In this document: positions 1-13,480 of the stretch, one piece after another
Position numbering within the stretch: the first letter of the stretch is position 1
Layout: each line of letters starts with the position of its first letter
NCBI RefSeq assembly: GCF_036321535.1
Contig: NC_087437.1
Coordinates: forward strand, 96,102,001-96,166,000
Length of the DNA: 64,000 nucleotides
Direction of reading: 5' to 3'
Source: Camelus dromedarius
Lineage: Eukaryota
Notes under the pieces: model-generated
Databases searched by the model: none
Seen by the model: the letters and a program-made list of their open reading frames with translations, nothing else
What the model was told of the DNA's origin: nothing
Position numbers and translations under genes: made by a program

Positions 1-56
1 CCTAAACAGTCCATGAAAGCCCACCTAAGAAATGTATATCAAACATAAATTCTCAT

Positions 57-260
57 ATAAACTAGTATATATAAAATAGATAAGCAAGTTTATACTGTAT
101 AGCACAGGGAACTATGTTCATTATCTTGTAGTAACTTATGATAAAAAAGAATATAAAAACAAATCTATGTATGTTCATGTATGAAGCATTATACTGTACA
201 CCAGAAGTTGACACATTGTAAACTGACTATACTTCAATAATACATATATACAAAAAAAAA
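57..260 (+). mobile_element. LINE-1 3' end, 5'-truncated (cetartiodactyl type)
   Basis: tatagcacagggaactat...tgtacaccagaagttgacacattgtaaactgactatacttcaataa followed by an A-tail; similar copies at ~6110, ~22940, ~23165 and ~29800. Confidence 0.9.
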
Positions 261-1814
261 CCCCAAAACCCATAAATGCCCATGTGTCAAGAGTAGAATA
301 TTTCAGATAATGATTTCAAGCTCCAAATTTTCTTTTAGAGAAGAAAACAAATTAGAAAATCTATTCATATAATGTCAGATCTTTTAAAATATATTTATCA
401 CAATTAAGATTAAACATTCAAATAAAAGAGTAAGTGTCTGACTCCCATCTGTTATTACCTAAAAGATCACCTAATCGCAAGTCTCTATAATTCTAGAGTA
501 AAAAATAAATAAATTAGCGAACTTTGGCTATAGTTATGTCCTTGACTCCCTAGCCCTCAGTTTTTCTGAACTTTGTAGCTAGGGCCATTTAACTTCATGC
601 ATTAGCTCCTCTCAAGGTTCTGGACCAAAATCTGAGTGTAGTCATGTTTGCCACATGCCCATTACATGGAAACAGTAAATCTTATTTGTCCAGCCATGTT
701 TGTTCTAAAAACTGGTCTTTTTTTTTTTTTTTATTAAAGTCCACTGCGCAAAGAAGACGAGGAACACAAAGGTAGTGAAACAAGGTGAGATCTATTATTT
801 TTCTGAAGCGAAAGAGAACGCTTAGCAGAGTTACTGTGGGGGCAACTTGGAAAAGGGGATGGAAGAAGAGGACCTCTTCTAGGGTTTTGGTTGTACTGGT
901 TGATTCTAAGTAGGGACATGGAAGTAGGGGTCCAGTTTGAGATGGATGTGTTCAAGAATTAGTTATTTCAGTGATTTTGTTCAAGAAGTGGGAGAAATGC
1001 AACATAACTGGGTATGTCACTGGTGAGAAAGTAACAAGCACTCTGAAGAACTCATCTTTGGCAATTTCGCAGCTGTGGTGTGGCCATGGGTATGATTCTG
1101 TAGAAGCACTGTTCTTTGTTGGCATTATCCCTAATCCATTGGAAAATGGCTGATGTTCCTTGAGGAACAGCACAGTCTTATCATCAGCAGGACTGATTTT
1201 TACTTTCACATCTTGTTCCTGCTCCAGAGAAGTCCCAGCTGCAAACCTCAGGTTCTTATTTTATTCACTGGATCACACTATCCTACTTGGTTTGGTTTTT
1301 TGATTCAATTGCATTGTTCTTCTGTTTCATTTCTAAAGACCAGATACCTGCCTCCAAATACCATTTGGCTGGGAGCACAATAGTTGTGAATTTATCATGC
1401 TAATGGCTTTATGGGACTCTGCTGCCAAACTCTGTCACCTGCCGGGTCATCAGCCTGTTTTAACTGCAGGATGTCTTAGTTGCCTAAACTCCCTCTATTG
1501 CCTGCTTCAGGAACTTTCCCTGATTTCCTGCCTCATCATTTTTGTTCTGTTCCGTCTCTCTTGCCCAACCACCAACTTGAGTCCAGCAGAGAAGAATAAA
1601 CACAGAAACAAAAAGTTTAAAAAAAATTGGTCCAAAATACAAATGTTTCCAAATATTTAGGTGTCTGGCAATGGACAATTCACACTATGGGTAACACCAG
1701 TGAATATTTCATAATTATTATTACTTGCTTTAAAAAATTAGAACAAAACACATTAAATTAACCAGAAATAATCAGTGGTGAAAGAGGATGTGCTTCTTTG
1801 TTTCAAAACGAAGC

Positions 1815-1990
1815 CAAGACAGCTTGGGTTTGAGCCTCCCTATGCTGGTAGCAGTGTGATACTGGAAACAGTTATTTAACCTGTTGGTGCCTTGAGTTCC
1901 TTCCTCTGTAAAAATAGATACGGTAATAGTCTTACCTCATAAGATTGTTGATATATAAAGTACATACATAGCAAGTCATATCTTATAATT
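1815..1990 (+). mobile_element. MIR SINE remnant
   Basis: ttgggtttgagcc...gttatttaacc...agttccttcctctgtaaaa...gtaatagtcttacctcataagattgttg resembles the MIR core. Confidence 0.7.
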
Positions 1991-4102
1991 ATTATTGTTT
2001 TTTAATGGAAGCCATATCTTAAGATGGTGGCATTGGAAGAAAAATAATAATTAAGAACAGCTATAAAATGATTGTTAGGAATCTTTCTGGAAAGCATGAC
2101 TTAAAAGTTTTATTCTTAACATTTACATGTTTGGTTTTTTTTTAGCTTAATGCTATTGAACAGGAATATATATGATGACAGGAATGGGAATAATTCAGTA
2201 ACGTCATTTCTGAGATAATATACCTAAGGTCTGCTGATATGAGTAACAGGGGTGTTGCAGCGCTAATACCATCCTTAAGTACCATTGTTAGTTATGCCAT
2301 TGTTTAAATCACTTAGGATTTTGTAATTTACACGTGCTGGGAGGCCTTAAAACTAAGTGCACATTATAAATCAAAGGAATAATAATAATAGCCTTAGACA
2401 TTATCAGCAAATAAAATATGACTACTAAATTATTGTAGTGACTTTTCAAGTAATATTTAAATATTTATTATTTTGCTCTCCTTTTTAAACATTTGTTTTA
2501 ACCCAGTATTTCAAATTATTCACTCTGGCTTAATGCAGTCAATAAAAATATTGCAGAATATTGCCATCCAACGGAGGAGTGATTTAAAGGAGATCACTTC
2601 TATCAACCTGACTATTTTTCAGTCCAAATATTGCACTGGGTACAAACACGTAAAACATCACTTTCTCAGATGACTATGGTGACAGTTTTCTGAGCCCCGC
2701 TCAGCAAGTCCTCAGCATGATTGAACCCCTTCATCATCACCTTAAATTTGTTTACACAATTTCATTTTCTTATCAGCCAATTCAACACAGTCCCTCAGCC
2801 TTAGAACAGAAGCTTCTATTGTACTCTCTACCTTTATCGACCTCCAGCAAGCATCCTCCACCTAAACATTCTTGAAAATTAACTTTAAATCTTTGCCTAA
2901 GGGGATTTTTTTTTCCGCCTTCCAATTTTCCACTTCTGTGGTCTTCTCTGTGCTTCAACATATTCAGAAATGTGTGCAGTTGATAGGAACACATTTGGAA
3001 AGGCGCTGCCAAGAAGCACCCCTCTCCTCTGCTGTTTCCAGGTGGCCGCTCCGGTTTCATGCGGTGTGTGGTCTGTGCTGGTGGTGTCTGCCTAACGAGG
3101 CAATGGCAGCTCGCTAATGTTTTAGATATTTTAGTGGAATCCAACATCTAGTCTGTCCTTTTTTTTTTTTTTTTAACTCGGAGACAGATTGCCAGGGAAA
3201 TGAAATTTAAATAACAGTCACAAAAACTCTCCAACGTAGATGACATAAAAGGCACTTACTAAAGTAAATCATATCTTGGCAACTTAATGTCTTGCAGTAA
3301 TGAGAAAATTTGAAGTCATTCCTGGGAACAATAGATCATACAGCTCCATCCTTAACAGGAGCTTAAGATAAAATGGAAAAAAATGCAATAGCCATTAATA
3401 TAGGAAACAGCTATGAAAATAAAACTTGCAAGAGGATACACTAAATCAAAGATTTAAGTAGCTTAAAAATAGTGCTGCTAAAAAACGGGAAGCAATTTTA
3501 GGCAGAGCAAAAAGCGTTTCAAATTACAGGTTAGCAGTCTCCAAACCCAACATCGTCCCAGGCAACGCCTCACGGCACTTGGTGCGCACGGTCGCTACGA
3601 TATGTGCAGCTGAGCTGTAGGGAGAGAATTTGCAGAATTCTTCCTCTAGTGGGCCTCACCCTATATGAGTTATAGGTAGTTCAGTTTATTCATCACTGGT
3701 AGATTTAGAAAAGTGTTGATCGCATCTAGATAATTGATTTTATCACTTTACGAGGAGTGACTAGATTCAAAGACCTATTTATACGTAACGAACTCAAAAG
3801 GGACTAAATATTACAATTCAACACCAATGTATTCATTGTACCCAGGCACGTACAAGAGAGCAATAATTTTCCATTTTTTCCCCTCGTATTACCAATGTAG
3901 AAGCTGTTCATGTAGAAAGACTTGGAGAATTCAGATAACTTGAAAATGGAAAATAAAATTCAACCACAGGTACACTCTTTTTTCCATTGGCCTACAAAAG
4001 AAAAGTCTAAACTCCTTGGCAGGATATAAAATAGCCTTTCAACATTTAACTTCTGGTTCCTGATCCAATCACCTAGCCAAACACAACCTTTCTCTCACTA
4101 AT

Positions 4103-4725
4103 TGTTACTGAACCAAACTTGGGTCCGCTTTCCTGTGCGCAGTAAAGTCAGTCTGCTGACACCGGGTTGTGATGAAGGGAAGTGCAGTGTTTATTGCAGG
4201 TGCCAGGCAAGGAGTCTAGGCAGCTAGTGCTCAAAAAGCCCAAACTCCTTGATGGCTTCTAGGGACAGGTTTTTAAAGACAGGGTGAGGGAGGAGGTAGA
4301 AGGGTGTGCAATCAGCTCATGGGCCTTCTTCTGACTGGCTGTTGGTGAGGTAGTCCGGAGTCAACATCATCAGCCTTCTGGTTCCAACCAGTCTGGGGTC
4401 TGGGGCTTGTGGGCAGAATACAGTTAGCTTCTTCCTCCTAGTGGGGGTTTCATTATCTGCAAAACAGCTCAAAGGATATGGCTCAGAATATTACCTATAG
4501 CCCTTGAGAAGGAACTAAATGTCCCTGACTTTGTTTAATGGCTACACTGCTTTCTTTTGTTTGGCTTGACTATTTTCTTTTGTTTCTGCATTTTCTCACT
4601 TCTCTGATTAAATTTATTCTTTGGAACTTGGGGAAGGCCTAGGAGTTTTTCTACAAACAAGAGGCAGGTGGAGGACACGGAGGGGTCTGTCCCAGGAAAG
4701 TCCCATAGAGTCCTGCTCGGTTAGA
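4103..4725 (-). mobile_element. ERV1-class solo LTR
   Basis: Runs TGTTACTGAA...GCTCGGTTAGA with degenerate termini, a minus-strand AATAAA and an imperfect 4-bp TSD (taat/ttat). Its termini are shared with the LTR at 12375-12833. Confidence 0.8.
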
Positions 4726-4744
4726 TTATCTCCTACTTTTAATC

Positions 4745-5090
4745 CCAAAATACTGAATTGCCTGTAGATTGCAGAACCAGCCTTGCTTCTTTATACCTTT
4801 GTAGGCACTGTCCCCTCTGCCTAGGCCCCTCTTCTCTTGGGAATCTAATCAACTTTTATATCTTAAAACTCTCAGCTCGATTGCTGTATTCTCTGTGACA
4901 TTGAACTTGACAGCTCCAGGTTGATACAGGTGCTACTGCTCCTTCTACTGCTCCTGGCACATACACCATTAAAGCAACTGTCTTATTTAGTCACAGCTGT
5001 TTACTTGACGTGTCCCTCTGCAGTAGGTGATAGTTCCTTGAGGGGTTAGGCAGTGTCTTATTTCTAACTTAACATCATTAACACAGAAGG
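4745..5090 (+). mobile_element. L2 3' region remnant
   Basis: ctgtcccctctgcctagg...tagttccttgaggggttaggcagtgtcttattt is typical of the L2 3' end. Confidence 0.55.
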
Positions 5091-6109
5091 AGATACGAGT
5101 ACAGTTCTTTATAGAATCAAGTCCCTTGTCTCTGTTAGCCCATGAACTAAGCACCCAGACTCAGACTGATACACCAGGAAAGACTTCACTTCTGGTCCAA
5201 GTTTTCTCCATACAGACTCTACAGTGAGTAAGGGATGAGAGAGGCTTATAATCGCTGCTAGTTAACTGACCAGTTACTTCCTGAATGTGGCAGAACTTTT
5301 GTTCTCTTATTCTCGACTCCCAAGTATACTTGAGAGACTCCTTATTGTAAAAAAAAAAAAAAAAAAAAAAAGCTTTTTTAAAAATTTACCCATATCCCAT
5401 TTATCCCAGTGTCCTGTAAAGAATGTTTCTCTCTCATTCCTGCTTTGGTGTCCTGCTCCCTTGTTTTAGACTGTATCCGTGGTTGAAAAGCTTTCCCTTT
5501 GGAAAAATCGTTGTTAAAATGAATTGAGAAATTTTGGATCTCTGAGAATAGAGAAAATATTGAAGGAGAGAATTGCTGTTTCAGCCTCAGGATCAAACAT
5601 GTATCAATAATCATCAATAATCAGCCATTTACATCGTCCTGAGCAAACTTTTCGTAGCGTAACGACTGTGTTTTCAAGCAAGAGAGACATTTCTTTTTTC
5701 CTTTCTATCTCTGAGCTGCATTTTAAAGGCTGCATCTTTTTTTTTTTTTCAGTCTTGATTAATACCCAGAGGGAGAGGCTAAATTTTTTGCCCAAGAAGG
5801 TGGTAGTGATAAATTGGTGAAGAAAATACTTTCTCCTGCCACACTGCATCCCCAGAGTCTAGCAGGGTAATGACACATGTTACATATATATAATTATCTT
5901 TTCAATGAGCCAAAAGATTAGCAAACTAATGATGCTCCTAACCAAAGAGCTTTAGGTATATGATAAGGTCAGGGACCAGTTTGAAAAATGATTCTGGGAA
6001 CCAGAAGTTGAGTAGAAACAGAATGCTGAGGCCACTTCTTTCAAAGCTTTGTTTAGAAAGAAATGGAGCAGCATTTGGAAGGGGAGATAAGGTCAGAAGT
6101 TACTGTATT

Positions 6110-6270
6110 TTCCTACAGTATCGCACAGGGGACTGTATTCATACCTTATAATAGCCAATATTGAAGAAAAATATGAAATGTATAACTGAATAACTTTGCT
6201 GTACACCAGAAATTAACACAACATTTTAAACTGACTATACTTCAATTAAAAATTCTTTTTAATTAAAAAA
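6110..6270 (+). mobile_element. LINE-1 3' end fragment
   Basis: gctgtacaccagaaattaacacaacattttaaactgactatacttcaattaaaaa. Confidence 0.85.
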
Positions 6271-6939
6271 GTAAAACATATAGAGAATCAACAGCTTTAC
6301 AAAAATTACCATGGCTTCAATGTTTCATGCAATTTTTTCATTAACCTTAGATGGACCTTTTAGCAATTACTATCTCTTGTAAGGAATCATTTATGTGGAA
6401 AAAATTAACGAACTTTTTTTAAAGAAATTACTTTATTTGATTGCTTTAATTCTTAATTTTCAAGATTGGAAAATGTAAACATATCAACGTAGTGAAGAAA
6501 AGGTCTCTTTGAGGGTGGAAAAGTTACAGGTCTGAAAAGAAAGGGCACATATTATGAAGCAATGTCCCCAAGAAAGATGAAAGGAGCAAACAAAGGGGTT
6601 TGCTTTACAAAAGAGGCCCCTGTCTTTAAATTGAAGGTGGGGTAGATGTGAAAATGGACACAGAGGCAGTAAAGTTTATCACAGAGAATCAGTAATTTAA
6701 AGAAATTCATATCTTAAAGCTTTTCTCAATTTAGAAATGTATGCGTTTTTATTTTGTTTGCCAACAGTTGAGTAAATCTTAACATTTCATGGCGAACTAT
6801 CAGAGTAGTTCCATGTAAGTTTCCTCTTTTGTTTTATTTATTCATCAGTTTTATCCCTATTTCTACTTTCGTTCATCTACTCTGCCCCTATAGGCACTTA
6901 TTCAAATGTCTGTTACTGGTGATATTTATCTGTCCCCCA

Positions 6940-7570
6940 GTGCATTATTCTTAGCACGTGCAGGTGTAGATGGGGCTGAGGACTATGTCAGTGAACAAAA
7001 TAGAAGAAAAGAATTATCCTGTCTTTGTGGATTTTCTATACTAATATGAGGAGAGGAAGCAGGAGAAAGAAAAATGAAAATAAATAGGTAAAGCAAATAG
7101 CTTAGATGCTCCTAAGTGTTAACAAGAAAAAAGAAATCAAGGAGTGAGAATAGGAAGTGGCCAGGAAAGGTGAGGTTGGGGTTCTGATCAAGGTCATCGG
7201 AGTCTCACAGAGAACGTGACATTTGAACAAATACTTCAAGTCAGATCATGTCTCTTCTCTGCTCAGATCCTTTAAAGAGCTTCCCACATCACCAGACAAA
7301 ACTAAGGATCTTTAGAAATGCCTACAAAGCCCTGCACAGCTGCCCATCCTTCAGCTCTATAACCTCATCTGCCACTGCCCCTCACGCCCAAGGCCCCGAA
7401 ACAGTGGGCTGAGTGCTGCTCCCAGAACAAGAACACGCCAGCCCTTCCCAGCCGACTCTCCTGCTCCTCCTCCAGCCAAACAGCTCCCCTACTTACCTCT
7501 TCCTGTTCTTTGCTTCATTGGCACTTTCCCAACAAGCCCTTCCCTGACTGCATTTAAATGAAGCAGCCAC
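6940..7570. mobile_element. L2 fragments in both orientations
   Basis: gtgaacaaaatagaa...gtgacatttgaacaaa (one orientation), then tcagatcatgtctcttctctgctcaga...aagcccttccctgact (the other). Confidence 0.6.
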
Positions 7571-8006
7571 ATGCCCTGAACAAAAGAGGTGATATTTGTG
7601 TCCAGCTCATTGTGGACAGGAGGAGATTTCCAAGAGATGCAAGATGCCCTCTGTACCCCACCTGAATGACCCATCCAGAGACCACAGCTTCCTGGCTTCC
7701 TCTCCAGCTCTCCGGCTATGAGGTCCTGCTACCTCTGGAAAAAAGGGAGTTCATAAAGCTACTAGAGCATCCAAAAAATAATTATATAAATAAATAAAAT
7801 GCTAATGCATCCTCTATCCCATGTCTACAGTCTCTACAGCTCTTCCCTGCCAAACTTTACTCCATAAAATGTATCACTTCCTAAAATGCTATACAAATTG
7901 GTCCTTTTGCTTATTATCTGTCTCTCAACTACCTTCCTCCCACCCTCTTCCTCGACAGGCACACACACTAGAGGGTAGCCCCTGGGGGAGCGGGTAGGGA
8001 ATAATT

Positions 8007-8114
8007 CTTTTCTGTTTTTTTTTTTTTCTTCTTCTTTTTTAATAGAGGTACTGGAGATTGAACCCAGGACCTCCCACTCACTAAGCATGTGCTCTACCAC
8101 TGAGCAACACCCCC
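8007..8114 (-). mobile_element. tRNA-derived SINE (camelid type)
   Basis: Reverse complement gives GGGGGTGTTGCTCAGTGGTAGAGCAC (A box)...GGTTCAATCTCC (B box) and an A-rich tail. The flanks repeat tttctgtttt. Confidence 0.9.
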
Positions 8115-8999
8115 GTACCCTTTCTGTTTTAGTCATGGATGTGTTTACTGGAAGCAAATATCAGAGGAAGAGCGTCCCTGGCTTGTTCAACAAACAGGAA
8201 AGAGGCCACTGTAGCTGGAACAGATGAACTCAGATAGGAAAGCAGGGCTGCAGGCAAACTGGGCTGGGTTGTGTTGTCTCCCCTCCCCCCATAGAATTTA
8301 GGCTTTGGCTGTGAGTGCTGTGCGATTCCTTGGAAGAATTTTAGTAAATTAACTGTAACAAGTCAAGGGCTCAGACTGGGAGACCAGTCAAGAGAGCAGT
8401 ATAATAAGCCGGGGTAGCTTAGCTTCTTATAAAATGTTTAGTGTCATTCTGTGTTCATGCATTTTTAATTAGCACAAATTATTGTACCATTTGTCCCCTT
8501 CTCTTTTTTACTTTTCTTTTTTTCACTCAGCAGTACATTTCATGATGTAATCATGCTGATGGGTGAACAGCTAGTCAATTGTTTCTAATTGCTAAGTATT
8601 ATTTCACTGTCTGTACCTTCTTTCCTAAGGTGAACTAGAAATAAGGTTAAGATTAGGATGTTTGTTGTTAGGGAAACCACATTAGAAGAATAAAGGTAAG
8701 AAACAATTTGCTAAAGAGAATGGGATCGTGTGAGCAAAACAGAAAAGCAATGGGTTCGTTTGAACAATGTTGGAATTTGCCAGATGGAGACAGTGAAGGA
8801 AGAAGGTTAGAGAACTGAAAGAATAAGCAAATGGCGAATGGACAGTGGTAATACAGTAACGATAACAATAACAGTACCACTAACAATAAGGTCGTTTTTC
8901 CTACTTTAAATACCCAAGACACAGGCTGGGGATTCACTTACATTCATTAAAATAAGGGGCTAATATACTTGGAGAACAGAGAGAAATCAAAGCATTTAA

Positions 9000-9300
9000 T
9001 ACTACATGGAAATCAGCAAAGCAATTTAGTGGAAATAATAGACAGAAAGAAAGGTATAGAAGCTGACGTTCAGAAGTACTGATACTTCAGTTTTCCAGAA
9101 GAGAAGACTGGCAAGGTCGTGACCAAGTGACTGTCTTTACAACTGGATGAGGAGCGAGGCAGTTAGAGAATCATGGGCGTGGCTGTTGAAATTCCTCAAG
9201 ATGACAGTAGGAGTTGGGGTGGAAAATTCGGATGCTAGCGTGTAATGACTGGGGTTGCGGTGGGAGAGAGGCTGACAACCTCGTTCCCACTGATCTGTAA
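9000..9300 (-). mobile_element. Old LINE (L2-like) endonuclease-region remnant
   Basis: Minus-strand translation TPTPTVILRNFNSH resembles the APE endonuclease ILGDFN motif. Confidence 0.5.
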
Positions 9301-11245
9301 GGCAGGAAGGAATAAGAGGCCCATACAGAGGAGGACAGGAAAGACGCAGCACCACTGAAGGTGAGCCAGGCTGAAGGCGAGCCAGGCTGAAGGGGACGCA
9401 GAGCAGGAAATCACGTGGAGACGCCAAGTTACAAGGCAGTTTGTTGTCAGCAGGACAAGGGGTTCCAAACTGCACAATCACAAGATCTAAAGGAAGATAA
9501 TGGAAGAAAACACAGAACCATAGAGTGGACAGAGAAGGGAAGAAATAGCTCATAAAATGGGCTTGCATTTAGGCAGCGACGTATCATAGTTCTAAATAAA
9601 ATAATGGCAAAATTCCCCCAGTTGATTAAATAATTAATTTGGAGCAAAATCTATTCAATTAGACAAGTGCTTCGGCCTCTAAATCCAACCCATGTAGCAG
9701 AAGTGCCTTCATGGTGGGGGGAGGAGAGTCTGTCTCACCCAGCATTGCAGACATTCTCACCCATCCTCCCACAGACATGTGCACATATACAAAATAAAAT
9801 TAAAATGAAAACTATTAATGTATCATGTTGTCTATTGGATCAGTTGGTAAAAATATAACAAGGTATCATTCCAATAACTGCATTAAATGGCCTCTCATTC
9901 TCTTTCCCCTTCCTGAAGCAAATAATAAATAAATTAATCAATCTGCTTCTGATATTGAGTAATTTTAACTTTAAAAATTTTTTCTAGTTGGTCCTTTGGC
10001 TGACAATTTTTAAAGTGGCTTTTTCTTTTTTACCTTCATACTATTTGGTACACACAAAAACCATTAACAGGTCTGAATTTTAAATAAATACACAAAATGT
10101 ATTTTCTCACCTCAAGTTTTGCACATCGTTCTAAAAATAAAATATGAGAAACTAGAGCAGTTTCTATTTTGGGAAATCACAGTATGTTTAAAATTCAAAT
10201 GATAGGGTTTGTTTTTAAAAGTTAGAAAAGCTCCATACTAATTATTTGACTTCTGAATGTGCCAACTGCTTTGCAGTCCTGAGCACAGACATTACAAACC
10301 TCCCACTAGGACTGAGAGTGACTGGATTATGTCCACAGAGGAAGGCCTCAGTCTCTATTTTTTTAAGTCCTAGAAGAGAACATGGTCACGGGTAACTTCT
10401 TCTAAGATGTGAAATCACTCCCATGGCCAGAGAATTGCCAGGTAGAATTGTTTATTAACAAAAGAGTTCCACAGCTTAGAGACCCAAGCCAAAGAGCTGG
10501 GCACCAGCATGACCTCGGTCCTCTCACTTCTTGGACAGCACTGGGAGCTAAGGACAGGGGACAGGGATGAAATGAACATAGAGTTGCCCCGAAGGAATTC
10601 ATAGTCCACTGAGGGAGACGGATGCAGAAGTAAATACTTTACAATAATTAATAAATGCAACTCCTTTGTGTGGCTGAATTGCCTGGAAGAGCAGGAAAGA
10701 CTGTCGATTAATAGAAAGAAATCAGCCTTATTAATCACTTGTGAACAAAAACAAAGTCAAGGATATGATGCCAAACCTTTCTTTGCTTCCTCTAACCAGA
10801 AAATATTCCATCCCTTTAGGATCCTTTTCAGGTGGCCGACAGGAGTGTCTTCTCTCCCTGGCTGTCCTCTCCCCCTTTTCTTTCTGCCTGCATTTTTCTG
10901 GGTCTTGTCAACCTTTCTTTATCTTTCTGCAAGTTACTAGGGCCAGTCTGGGAGGATGGTGCTAGATCCTTACTGGCCTTCATACAAGGAAGCTGTGGTC
11001 CTTCAGATTGTCCAGCAGGGAAAAGCTACAACATAAATCTTTAGTAGCATATTTCTGCACCAAGACTCCCCATACTCTCCCGTGAAGTTCATACACAATT
11101 GTTCCAGCATTAATGGGCAAAGTCCGGCAACATGAAAAAATGAACATGCTTGTGGATTCTGCAGTCAGACTGCCTGAGTTTGAAACATGACTCTGACAAT
11201 GTTGGCTGAGGATTAAATTAATTGATAATATGTGTTAGAAGCAAG

Positions 11246-11692
11246 TGTTGCTGATGGACGCAACCGGTGTTCCAGGTTCTTGTCCCGTCCCAGAAAGAAT
11301 TCAGAGACAAGACGTCTCTGGTGGTTAAAAAGGTAAAGTGAGGATTTATTAGAGAATGGATAGTACACTCTCAGGGGAGAGCGGGCAGGCTCAGTGAGCG
11401 GCTGCCCTGAGTTTCTTTGGCAAGTTAGTTAGCTACATAGGGTCTAAAAATGGATGGGCAGAATATTCACTGGGGAGGGAAGGGTTTGGGGTCGTATTCC
11501 CTGATTATCATCCCAACTCCACCTTCCCAAAGGGAGGAGGGATTTTTGTCCTTATTTAGTCTGGATAGGAAGTGTCATGGCGTCGGTACATGATGGGTAC
11601 TTCTGATCTGCAAGGCTAATTTGCCCAATTCCTGCCATTTGGTCTGTGTCCTCCTTTCTCTGCTCATATCTAGCTATCTGCCTGCTCTAACA
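11246..11692 (-). mobile_element. ERV1-class solo LTR, relatively young
   Basis: TGTTG...TAACA termini, perfect 4-bp TSD caag/caag, minus-strand AATAAA (tttatt ~11345) and retained CpGs. Confidence 0.9.
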
Positions 11693-12374
11693 CAAGGACA
11701 AAATGAAAAGCAAACAGTGGAAGGGGAACTGCCAACCTCCTGCCCTAGAAAGGTAAGTCAGTAACTCTGGAAACCCAGCGAGTCGGCACGCTGGCTTTGG
11801 TGCTGCTCCCCTGTCCTGGTGCCTGTGCTCCCAGATCCAGTTTTGTCTGGGAGAAAGGCCTGCTCTCATGGGCTCAGAAAGATGCCCCCAGGACTGACGC
11901 CGCAAGAAATTTTCCCTGACAGACTGGTACAGCCTTCTCCGGTCGTGTCAAGGTGAAGAACTAGCTCTCTTTCTCTCTCCAACCCCGTTTTCCTCTCCAG
12001 GTGGGTAGGTCCTTTTCCCATGACGGAGTTTGACAGGTTCTGAGAGCCCAGGAGTGCGGCCTCTGAAGGCTCACCCCTGCATCGTGCTGGAATTTCCTAT
12101 TGCTTTTCTTGTGTCTCTGACGCTAGTAGGTGGAGGCTTTGCTTGACCATTTTGCCAGCTGAGGTTGAATCAACCAACTTCTATTGCAGTTCTGTGGACC
12201 TCAGGGAGTATTCCCGTGTGTCCCTGTGCGTGTGTGTGGTTTCCTCATCCAGGGATGTTTAACAGAACCATCACACTCCCGGCCACGAGAATCTAAGGAC
12301 CCGCGTCATCACTGCTGGTGCAGCGCCACTGGGTTTACCCATTTAATGGGAGAACATTTCCATTAACCTAGTAT

Positions 12375-12833
12375 TGTAACGGAGCAGGACCCTGAGGGGA
12401 CTTCCAGGCACAGACCCCTCCCCCATGTCCTCTTCTGCAGCCCCTCTCTGAAGTACCAGATAATAGCATCTCATGCATATTTCCTGGGTTTTTCAGATGT
12501 TAAAACCACCACCAAAGGGAAGAACTTAACTACTTGATGATGGTGAGCACTTGGCCCCACACCTTCTGACGCCTAAGGGTCGATAGTGTTGACCACCCTG
12601 TTCCCTTAACATCAACCAGTCAGAATTGTGCATAAACTGATCAATTCATCTGGACCCCCACCCCCAACTGGCCTTTAAACATGCTTTGCTGAAAGTTCAG
12701 GGTTTTCTTGGGCATAACCCACCTGGTCCTCCTTGCTGGGCCCTACAGTAAACCTTTCTCTGCTCCAAACTCTAATGTTTGTGTTTGTTTGGTCTCAGGC
12801 TCGGTCGGGCACATGAACTCGAGTTCAGTAACA
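12375..12833 (+). mobile_element. ERV1-class solo LTR
   Basis: TGTAAC...GTAACA termini, TSD gtat/gtaa, TATA-like tttaaa and AGTAAA poly(A) signal. Confidence 0.85.
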
Positions 12834-13294
12834 GTAAGAGGGATGGTATGGAAGCGGGGCTGTGTTGTCTGTCCCACCTCCTTTGGCTGGGTGAATGTTT
12901 CCAGAATTAGGACCCCATTCTCATTCTTTTGAAAACTCTTATTTATTTTTTTAAATCTTTCAGAAGTTTTGGAGTTCTCATTTGATTATTGCCTCCTTAA
13001 GGTAAGACAGTCACAATGCAGCCCTTAGCTGACTGCAACAGGTCCTACAAAAAACTGTGACGAGGCACTTTTTTTCTTTTTTACTTACAGTCTATAGGAA
13101 AATATCACAAAGGGAGCTTCTCCTCCAGAGCAGCATGCATGTACAAGGCCACAGGGAGAACAGTGGAGAAAATTTTCCTTCTGGAAAAGAATACTGTTTA
13201 TCGTCCTAGAAACCAAGATTTTAAAGAAATCAATCTCTAACGCCTTCTTGCACAAAAGAAATAGCAGCAGAACATCTTCGAAAGAACTTAATCT

Positions 13295-13480
13295 CAAACT
13301 AGTAGAAAATGGATTCAAATCTGTGTCTCCCATTTACTAGCTTCTCGTCTTGGAATTATTTACCGTCTCTGAGTCTTTGTTTTCTCTTCTATAAAATGGG
13401 CATGCTGATTTCTACTTCATATGATTTTTTGATATAATAAAATGGGAAAGCATATAAAGCAACTAACGAGTATGGTGATC
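13295..13480 (+). mobile_element. MIR SINE remnant
   Basis: ggattcaaatctg...catttactagct...tctctgagtctttgttttctcttctataaaatggg. Confidence 0.75.

Noticed and set aside
952..1209. GLRX5-like pseudogene (DKTVLFLK...FSN)
   Set aside because: The resemblance is limited to a few residues; the CGFS and WPTIPQ motifs are absent.
9363..9393. Tandem duplication gagccaggctgaagg x2 (similarly aattcctttcttctaa x2 at 34960-34996)
   Set aside because: Ordinary slippage micro-duplications with no array structure.
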